DNA from: Eledone cirrhosa
Lineage: Eukaryota
Assembly: GCA_964016885.1 (NCBI GenBank)
Contig: OZ024752.1
Span: forward strand, 34,596,001-34,660,000
Reading direction: 5' to 3'
Length of the DNA stretch: 64,000 nt
Shown here: in pieces, positions 55,264 to 64,000 of the stretch
Position numbering within the stretch: position 1 is the first letter of the stretch
How the letters are laid out: each line of letters opens with the position of its first letter
The notes under the pieces: model-generated
What the model was told of the DNA's origin: nothing
Database searches by the model: none
What the model saw: the letters and a program-made list of their open reading frames with translations, nothing else
Translations under genes and position numbers: made by a program

Positions 55264-55493
55264 GGTATATATATCCAGGGTATATATATATATATATCCA
55301 GGGAGTGTAACGCGGAGTTACTATATATATATATATACATATAAATAAATTTAGTCCTTCATCAGTGATCTTCCAACCTTCATTGGTATTTCATCGCTTT
55401 AAAGACCATATATATACCTCTGGTTGGTGCGAGCAACGGCTAATATACATATACATATACATATACATAAACATACATACATACATACATGGT

Positions 55494-55754
55494 GGTGGCT
55501 GCCAACTCGTTTTCGAGTACGGCCACTACTTTATATCCATGTAGGAGAACCTCTACCGATGCGCTGAACGAGTGTGACTTTTTAGTCCAGCCAGCGACTT
55601 GAAAACTCTGGTACAAACACTACACTTGTGACAATTACTGACACATAGTGCTGGGCCCATGGTACCATGTGATGACAAGTGCAGAGAGATCTCCAGATAT
55701 AAAGCAATGCCTGTGCCGTGAAGCTTTTATAGTGAGCAAAGGCACTGCACAAGG
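55494..55754 (-). mobile_element. Family C, 5'-truncated
   Basis: Matches family C, flanked by (ACAT)n. Confidence 0.85.
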
Positions 55755-56411
55755 CATTGCACATACATACATACATACATACATACATACATACATACAT
55801 ACATACGTACATACATACATACATACATACATACATACATACATACATACATACATACGTACATACATACATACATACATACATACATACATACATACAT
55901 ACATACATACACACACATACATGGTTGTGGTGAGGTGACAGTGGCGGCGGTGGTGGTGGTGGTGTTGGCGATGGTAATGGTGGCGGTGGCGGTGGTTTAT
56001 GTTTGCGAGAAACGAAATGTGTGTCCTTGTCTGTGCATGACCACCAGCTGGTCACACCTGCTCCCTAATTTCTATGTTGCGTTTGTTGTTGTGGGCAACG
56101 AACGATGCTGTAGTACCCGGCCACGAAATGAAACGGGTGGAAGGCGGAGGTAGTGGACACGATATGGCGGCAGGGATGGAGGGACGGGAGGAGGTGAGAG
56201 ATAGTTACCGTCGACGTACAAGACGACGGTGTGAATGAAATGTTGCCTAACAGAAAAATCTACCTCCGCCCACGGGGAGTGGTGTGGTGTTGCGGTGTGT
56301 GGGTAAGGTACACAGCCACGCCCTCTTTAGTGTTACACTGTAATTAATTATAGACGGGCGGGTAGAAAACTCTTGCCCTGAACATCCTTTGCTAAAGAAT
56401 GCTACATCTAG

Positions 56412-56841
56412 GTGTGTGTGTGTGTGCGTGTTGGGGGTTGTGTATTGTGTGCATGTGTATGTGCGTGTATATGTGTTTTATGTGTATGTGTGTGTATGTC
56501 TGTGTGTGTATGTGTGAGTGTTGAGTGTGCGTGTGTGTTTTAGTGTGCGTTTAGTATGTGTGTATGCGTGTGTATGTGTGTAGTGTGTGTGTGTTGTATT
56601 GTGTTTTATGTGTATGTGTGTGTATGAGTGTGTGTGTGTGTGTGTATGAGCGTGTGTGTGTGTGTGCGTTGCATGGGTGTGTGTATATATTGTGTGTGTG
56701 TGTATGTGAGTGTGTGTATGAGTGTGTGTGTGTATTGTGTGTGTGTTGTATGTGTGTATTGTGTGTGTGTGTATGAGTGTGTGCCTGTGTGTATGAGTGT
56801 GTGTGTGTGTGTCTGTGTTTGTGTTGTGTGTGTATGAATGT

Positions 56842-56873
<32 letters not shown>

Positions 56874-56880
56874 TGTCTGG

Positions 56881-56911
<31 letters not shown>

Positions 56912-57042
56912 ATCTGGGTGTATGAGTGTGTGTGTGTGTGTGTGTGTGTTGTCTGGGTGTATGAGTGTGTGTGTGTGTGTGTGTGTGTGTTGTCTGCGTG
57001 TATGAGTGTGTGTGTGTGTGTGTGTGTGTTGTCTGCATGTAT

Positions 57043-57081
<39 letters not shown>

Positions 57082-57232
57082 GTCTGCGTGTATGAGTGTG
57101 TGTGTGTGTGTATGAGTGTGTGTGTATGAGTGTGTGTGTGTGTGTGTGAGTGTGTGTGTATGAGTGTGTGTGTGTGTGTATGAGTGTGTGTGTATGAGTG
57201 AGTGTGTGTGTGTGTGTGTGTGTGTGTTGTCT
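56412..57232. repeat. Degenerate (GT)n with a higher-order TGTCTGCGTGTATGAG unit
   Basis: Direct inspection. Confidence 0.9.
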
Positions 57233-57324
57233 GCGTCAGACAGTGAATAATATTAACCTTCTGCTAACATGTTGTCATCGTAGCAAGCAACACCTTTCAA
57301 CAGCTCTGGTACCTCTGACTGTCT

Positions 57325-58056
57325 CCACCACCACCACCACCACCACCACCACAGCCATCACCACCACCAACACCACCACCACCACCACCACCACCACCAC
57401 CACCAACACCAACACCACCACCAACACCACCACCACCACCACCACCACCACCACCACCAACACCACCACCACCACCACCAACACCACCACCACCACAACC
57501 ACCACCAACACCACCACCACCAACACCACCACCACCACCACCACCACCACCACCACCAACACCACCACCACCACCACCACCACCACCACCACCACCACAC
57601 CACCACCACCACCACCAACACCACCACCACCAACACCACCACCAACACCACCACCACCAACACCACCACCAACACCACCACCACCACCACCACCACCACC
57701 ACCACCAACACCACCACAACCACCACCAACACCACCACCACCAACACCACCACCAACACCACCATCACCACCACCACCACCACCACCAACACCACCACCA
57801 CCACGCCGCATCACCACCATCAACATCACAATTCATCACCATCACACCCCCCATCACCACCAACAACACCACAATCATCACCATCACCACGCCGCATCAC
57901 CACCATCAACACCACAATCATCATCACCATCACCACCACCACGCCGCATCACCACCATCAACACCACAATCATCATCACCATCGCCCCCCCCCCCCCCCA
58001 TCACCACCATCAACACCACAATCATCACCATCACCAACACCACCACAAGCACCACA
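57325..58056. repeat. (CAC/CAA/CAT)n trinucleotide field
   Basis: Direct inspection. Confidence 0.95.
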
Positions 58057-58505
58057 TTGAAGCTCCTCCTTTACAAAAAGCGCCAATTTAAAAAGAAAAT
58101 CTTGAAGACGGAAGGACATATTGTATAATGGTGTTTTGTATATACAAAAGACGGGATTGGATGTTTTTCTTTTTATCACAAATCTGCTCCAGCAAAGCTG
58201 ACGCGTGACTAGGAAAAAGCAACAGCAACAAAAAAATTTAACTATTATCAGTATCATCATCATCATTTCACCATCTTTATCACAACCACCTCTGCCAGCA
58301 ACACTACCACCATTACATCCCTACAACCACAGTTACTTCACTACCACCACAATCAATTCACACACGCACACACACACATACACACACACACATACACACA
58401 CTCTCTCTCTCTCACACACACACACATATATATATATATGTATATAAGGAAAAAAGATGAAATCGAAAATGCAACTGGAGTCTTCTGAAGAATATTTATT
58501 TGTTT

Positions 58506-58542
58506 CCTTTACCGGTTTCACAGTTCTTGTGCCTTTCAAAAG
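58506..58542 (-). ncRNA. Degenerate minimal hammerhead
   Basis: Minus strand: CTT-TTGAAAG-GC-ACA agaac TGT-GAAA-CCGG-TA-AAG, then AATAAA. Palindromic ACCGGT stem III. Lies between (TA)n runs. Confidence 0.45.
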
Positions 58543-58643
58543 TAGAATTGAGATGGAGGGTTTGTGGTTTTTCTCGTATATATATATATATATATATATA
58601 TATAGGTGTTGAAGTTTCCGTGGAAAAAGTAAAAGGAATGAAG

Positions 58644-58741
58644 ATATTTAATGTATAATAAACAACACAGTATAATTACCTCATTACTGTTCGGGAAACC
58701 TCAGGTAATGAGGTAATTATACTGTGTTGTTTATTATACAT

Positions 58742-58748
<7 letters not shown>
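58644..58748. repeat. Perfect inverted repeat, about 44-bp arms and 17-nt loop
   Basis: ATATTTAATGTATAATAAACAACACAGTATAATTACCTCATTAC and its exact reverse complement. Confidence 0.9.
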
Positions 58749-58805
<57 letters not shown>

Positions 58806-58895
58806 ATGTAAAAATTTGAACAGGAACAAAACAGAGAGGCAGTACAACGAATGTTTATTAATTTCACGCTCTGGAGAGTGGGGTGGTGGCGGGGA

Positions 58896-58927
58896 ACGAC
58901 GTTTCGGGCATAAGCCCTTCCTCAGGT
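58896..58927 (-). ncRNA. Minimal type-I hammerhead ribozyme, Penelope-type
   Basis: Minus strand: CTGAGGA-A-GGGC ttat GCCC-GAAA-CG-TC with a palindromic ACGT stem III. AATAAA downstream (58854-59). Stem I is only 2 bp. Confidence 0.7.
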
Positions 58928-59205
58928 GAGAAGTGTGTGGGAACAGAGTTCAAAGGGTGTGTAGGGGAGTGGTGGAGAGACATATAGCGAAAGGAAACGG
59001 TGCGAATGAAATTAAAAATAAAAATAAAAATAAAGCATGATCAAAATACAAGGAATGAAATAAAATTAAATATAAAAGCATGATCAAAATAATATATATA
59101 CATAGATATATAGATATATAGATATATAGATATTTATATATGTATATATATGTGTATGTATATGTGTATGTATATGTATATGTATATATATATATATGTG
59201 TATTT

Positions 59206-59747
59206 CAGGTCGCCTCGCGTGCTACTGGTAACATGTAACCGAGTACAACCTGCCTCATGGTCGGGTCGTCGGCGACTAAACCGGCAACCTCACCAAACTT
59301 GAGGAGGGTGATATTTGGACACCCTGCGGGATGAACGACACGGCAAAGAGCGGAGGAACTCAGCTGAGTCAACGGCCATCCAAATAGTAGTAGTTTTTTT
59401 GCTTTGTTTTGTTTTTTCACCTGGGAGCGAAAGGCCCCCAATTGTTGTCACAACACCTTTCTAGGAGAGGGAAACTCGTAAGCATCCGATGATGTTGACC
59501 AGTTCTCTTTTTCTGGTAGTATTTTCGATGCCCAGAGAGTGAGATTGGTCGAGTGCAACGCCTTTCCCCACTTAAAAAAACCTTCAAAGCACAGGCATTG
59601 CTTGTTCAGGATATGTTACAGGTTCGTGTGGCTGGCCGTAGCCTAAAAGTGCACCAAACTCTATAATCTGTCTTTTAGGCTACGGCCAGCCACACGAACC
59701 TGTAACATAACCTGAACAAGTAATGCTTGTGCTTTGAAGATTTTTAA
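59206..59747 (+). mobile_element. Family D element (RTE-type 5' region) ending in a fold-back
   Basis: 5' leader similar to family C 34552-34640. Arms about 59572-59648 and 59671-59747. Confidence 0.7.
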
Positions 59748-59753
59748 TATTTG

Positions 59754-60014
59754 AATATTCTTTTGCAAATACACTTTACAATGTTTCGGCAGCCATCTTT
59801 CACATCGATAGCAATTATTATATACTTATGATATTACCCACTAATGACCACTGCCCCCCTCTCTATCTCTCTGTCTCTCTCTCTCTATATATATATAGAG
59901 AGAGAGGGGGGTCAGTGGTCATTATTGGGTAATATCATAAGTATATAACAATTGCTATCGATGTGAAAGATGGCCTGCCGAAACATTGTAAAGTGCATTT
60001 GCAAAAAAATATTC
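59754..60014. repeat. Palindrome with a (CT)(AT)(AG) apex; each arm carries a degenerate hammerhead
   Basis: Arms of about 110 bp. GTGAAAGA-TGGC(c)TGCC-GAAA-CATTG-TA on both arms. Confidence 0.7.
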
Positions 60015-60529
60015 TATGAAAATACTTCCAGTGAAGAAACGAAACAGGACCGACGTGATCTTATCTCTATTGTTGGTTACTTACTTTAGTGTATAATATA
60101 TTTAGTCTAGGTCAACCGTACATCTAGCATATTCCCTTTAGTTTGCGAGAAGTAGATCGAAAACCAAGTGCATAAAACTCCATTATTTAGTGTAAGGGTA
60201 AATTATACAAACTCCATTAAATAAATAAACATGGCGTCTTGTTTTATATTTAGGCATCAAAGCGAAAATCTAACACAATAGGTCTTATGAATTGAGAAAT
60301 GTATTAGCTCACACGAGACCTTAGTGAATGGTGCAACAATTTCCATCAACGATCAATTATTTTGTTCATCTAACGTAATTTCACAGTCAAAACACTTTAC
60401 TCTACACCTTGTTCCTTGTTCGTGCCCAGTATTCAGTGGCCTATTGTGGCTAGGAAACTTTCAAAATAATATAAACATTTATATTGTTTTATAACATAAA
60501 CAGTCTATGATCAAATGACAAAAGATTAG

Positions 60530-60584
<55 letters not shown>

Positions 60585-60607
60585 TATATATATATATATA
60601 TATATAT

Positions 60608-60707
<100 letters not shown>

Positions 60708-60784
60708 GTAAGGATAAAACCAGTTTTAAACTAGTCAGACCATTACTCAACAGAGTACTCGATTCTTGGGGTAGTAGAGTATTG

Positions 60785-60849
<65 letters not shown>

Positions 60850-60890
60850 AGAAATATAAGTCAATTGCATGAACTCATAATCCTTTATTT

Positions 60891-60946
60891 ACTGCTATAT
60901 ATATTTCGATGATAGCCATTGAATGGCTATGACCTTATCAGGCAGT
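60891..60946 (-). ncRNA. Minimal type-I hammerhead with a G8-to-A change
   Basis: Minus strand: ACTGC-CTGATAA-GGTC ATAGCCAT tca ATGGCTAT CATC-GAAA-TATATA-TA-GCAGT, then AATAAA. Confidence 0.72.
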
Positions 60947-61020
60947 TAGTCAGTTCTTAGATATGCCAGCTCTGTGTTTATAGAGCTGATGGTATCAGAC
61001 CCTTGGGACATATATATATA

Positions 61021-61101
<81 letters not shown>

Positions 61102-61103
<2 letters not shown>

Positions 61104-61281
61104 CGAAGGAATTGTGGTAAGGAACCAGGTGGACCATAACGCACCAAAGTACTCAATACTTAGGGTAGTAGAGTGGGTAATAGGAACAAGTATGACCCCG
61201 ACGGCAGAGCTCAAGCCGTTTCGAAATTCCAAAAATAGCCGTCGAAACAGCTTGAGCTCTGCCGTCGGGGTCATACTTGTT

Positions 61282-61285
<4 letters not shown>
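61102..61285. mobile_element. Family P1, copy 4
   Basis: Same body and fold-back as 31021-31210, bounded by (TA)n. Confidence 0.7.
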
Positions 61286-61322
<37 letters not shown>

Positions 61323-61350
61323 GATAACAAAATATCGTTATAGGTAATCC

Positions 61351-61459
61351 AGTTCTCTGATGATCTGGTTAAGCTAACAACGTACTTAAAATTGAGTGGC
61401 ACTGCTCCAAGTGTTCAGCAATTTTTAGACAACTTAATCAGTGAAACAATTGTCAGACT
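61351..61459 (+). ncRNA. Complete type-I hammerhead with a long stem II, in family P2 element 61318-61510
   Basis: TCT-CTGATGA(61357-63)-T-CTGGTTAAG..59 nt..CTTAATCAG-T-GAAA(61443-46)-CAATTG-TC-AGA. AATAAA at 61463-68. Confidence 0.8.
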
Positions 61460-61505
61460 GTAAATAAAACCCTTTTTTGTACTGTTGACCATGTTATTCT
61501 TCACT

Positions 61506-61590
<85 letters not shown>

Positions 61591-61597
<7 letters not shown>

Positions 61598-62007
61598 ACT
61601 AGAAATTGATTAACATATAAATAAACATATGAAACAATCACAGAACCTATTCACGCCACTGAGACGAAGCTGGTATAATGTGTGTATTTTTAGTAGATAC
61701 AACACGTGTTACTGGCCAGTCGCTGATTTGAACTTAATGCGTAAACACAGACAGCTGAACTTCTTCCTTGTTGAAAATCCAAGCTTCGGCATCCGTGGTT
61801 TACCATTCGATTAATTGGTGAAATATATTTCTTTAATGGAATATATACAGGGAAGATTAATCATATTATAAGGTATCTATTTTTAAAGTTCTAGTTAACT
61901 TTATTTAGTTACCTACCTAGCTATGTGTGCTTACACACTTGTAAAAATTATCCCCTGTGATTGTTTCGTATCTTTATTTATATGTTAATCAATTTCTAGT
62001 TATTATA
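61591..62007. repeat. About 53-bp inverted repeats enclosing about 310 bp (MITE-like or fold-back)
   Basis: 61591-61643 is the reverse complement of 61955-62007 with about 2 mismatches. Confidence 0.7.
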
Positions 62008-62131
62008 AAATGCTCGGACCTATTCATTAGAATCTTGGAGCTTATTTTACGGGTGATATGGCGCATGCCTTGTGGCATGACACCCATAAGTTTGATTTAG
62101 ATTAAATTCACTTTGATTTATCTTAATTTTG

Positions 62132-62199
<68 letters not shown>

Positions 62200-62609
62200 T
62201 TGAATTCAATTTTTCTTCGGATCTACCCCTGGGTCACCTGTTAGTTGGTGTTTTGCCCGTAAATTTTATCCAGAAAAATTTGTACCTTTTTATGGTATTT
62301 AAATATATATATTTTTTTCCTGTGATTGTTTTTTTTTTCTTCTTCTTATACGAAAGTGTGACTTTTTTCTGCATTGTTTTTTTCGTTTCCAGTGATTCCA
62401 TTCTCGTTCACCCAAGATAAACATACGAGTGAGCACAAGAATGAGCTTATATGTATATACCTGTATTTGTGTCTACTGAGTTCTTTAATCCACAGAACTA
62501 GGTAGCCATTCTCTTCATATAATAACATCGGCTTAGTAAAGAATCTAGCGAAAGCCCTCATTACAACCACTCTATCGAAATACCGCCGGTGCGAGCAGGT
62601 GCGTTCCAG

Positions 62610-63090
62610 CTTGTTTTCTTTCTCTCTTTCTTTCATTCTTTTTTCTTTCTTTCCTTCTTTTTCTTTCTTTCCTTTTCCCTTTCTTTCCTTCTTTCTCTTT
62701 CTTTCTCTTTCTTTCTTTTTCTTTCCTTTTCTTTCCTTTTCTTTCCTTCCTTATTTTCTTTTTCTTTCTTTCCTTTCCTTCTTTCTTTCTTTTTCCTTTC
62801 TTTTTCTTGCTCACTTTCTTTCCTCCTTTTTCTTTCTTTCTTTCTTTCTCTCTCTCTTTCTTTTTCCCTTTCTTTCTTCCTTCCTTTTTTTCCTTTTATT
62901 TCTTTCTTTCCTTCTTTTTCTTTCTCTCTTTTTTTCTATTTCTCTTTCTTTTTTTCTCTCTTTCTTTTCCTTTTCTTTCTCCCTTTCTTTCTTTCCTTAA
63001 TCCCCTTTCACATTAAGTTACTGAGTAACTTGTACGGCAATTGACTTTCTTTTCTTTTTTCCTTTTTATCCTTTCCCCTTTCCTCTCTGG
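62610..63090. repeat. Polypyrimidine (TTTC/TTC)n tract
   Basis: Direct inspection. Confidence 0.9.
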
Positions 63091-63210
63091 TTTAGTCTCT
63101 AGACAGAAGACTGTTTGTTTCATTTCGATAATAAAGGGACACGTGAGTGCGACAATATCGAAAATACTCGTTTAACCACCTCATGTAGGAAAGGTTATCA
63201 AACTCTTCAA

Positions 63211-63412
63211 ATCATCATCATCATCATCATCATCACTATCAGCAGCAGTAGCAGCATCATTGGCATCACTATCATCATCACTATTATTATTGTTGTTAGC
63301 CGGGACAGCAGCATCAGTAGCAGCAGCAGCAGTAGTAGCAGTAGTAGTAGTAGTAGTAGTGGTGGTGGTGGTGGTGGTGGTGGTGGTGGTGGTGGTGGTG
63401 GTGGTGGTGGTG

Positions 63413-63445
<33 letters not shown>

Positions 63446-63492
63446 TTGTTGTTGTAGTAGTAGTGGTAGTAGTAGTGGTAGTAGTAGTTGCT

Positions 63493-63531
<39 letters not shown>

Positions 63532-63662
63532 ATAGTAGTAGTAGTAGTGGTGGTAGTAGTGGTAGTAGTAGTAGTTGTAGTAGTGGTAGTAGTAGTAGTA
63601 GTGGTAGTAGTAGTAGTAGTAGTAGTATTGTTGTTGTAGTAGTAGTGGTAGTAGTAGTTGCT

Positions 63663-63694
<32 letters not shown>
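63211..63694. repeat. Compound (CAT)(AGC)(GGT)(AGT)n trinucleotide repeat
   Basis: Direct inspection. Confidence 0.95.
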
Positions 63695-63695
<1 letters not shown>

Positions 63696-64000
63696 TTTTT
63701 ATATAATCCCGGATTTGTTCTGTGTATTCAATTCATATAAAAAAATTTAACACCACCACATCTATACACACAACCCCCCCCCCCCACATATATATATATG
63801 AGTATGTGTGTGTATGTGTCTGTGTGTGTGTGTGTGTGTTTGTGAGTGTGTATTAAATTCTTTACCCACCGCCCCTTCGTTTTTATATAAATGACTTTGT
63901 TTTGTCCATTTCCACGTGTTTTTGTTACACCTACCTTTAACGTGTTTTATTGTAGGTATGAAAAAGCCCTAATCTCCCCCCCCCTCCTCTCTCATATATA

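Noticed and set aside
55920-56310. GC-richer unique segment ending near GGGTAAG, a possible exon
   Set aside because: No recognisable protein similarity and no clear splice acceptor or reading frame.

Overview
Eukaryotic, gene-poor and almost entirely repetitive DNA. The SINE and microsatellite landscape looks like a coleoid cephalopod (octopus), which is inferred from repeat style rather than a database match. Bases 1-~29,990 are one 45-bp satellite array (about 660 units) with nested kilobase-scale higher-order duplications, and all long ORFs there are artefacts of a 15-codon period. Bases 30,000-64,000 are a mosaic of (TA)n, (ATGT)n, (GT)n and (CAC)n tracts, tRNA-derived SINEs and truncated retrotransposons: a Penelope-like GIY-YIG 3' end, RTE RT fragments (one with a 5' inversion), an R4/Dong-like restriction-like endonuclease 3' end, and about nine copies or fragments of a bipartite RTE-derived non-autonomous element. 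The most notable signal is a set of several unrelated, minimal type-I hammerhead ribozyme (HHR) motifs in short segments between (TA)n tracts. Many lie in fold-back palindromes whose apex falls at hammerhead stem II. Together these suggest a (TA)n-targeting Penelope/HHR non-autonomous system that makes hairpin insertions. No intact host gene was recognised. Coordinates were read by eye and may be off by a few bases.
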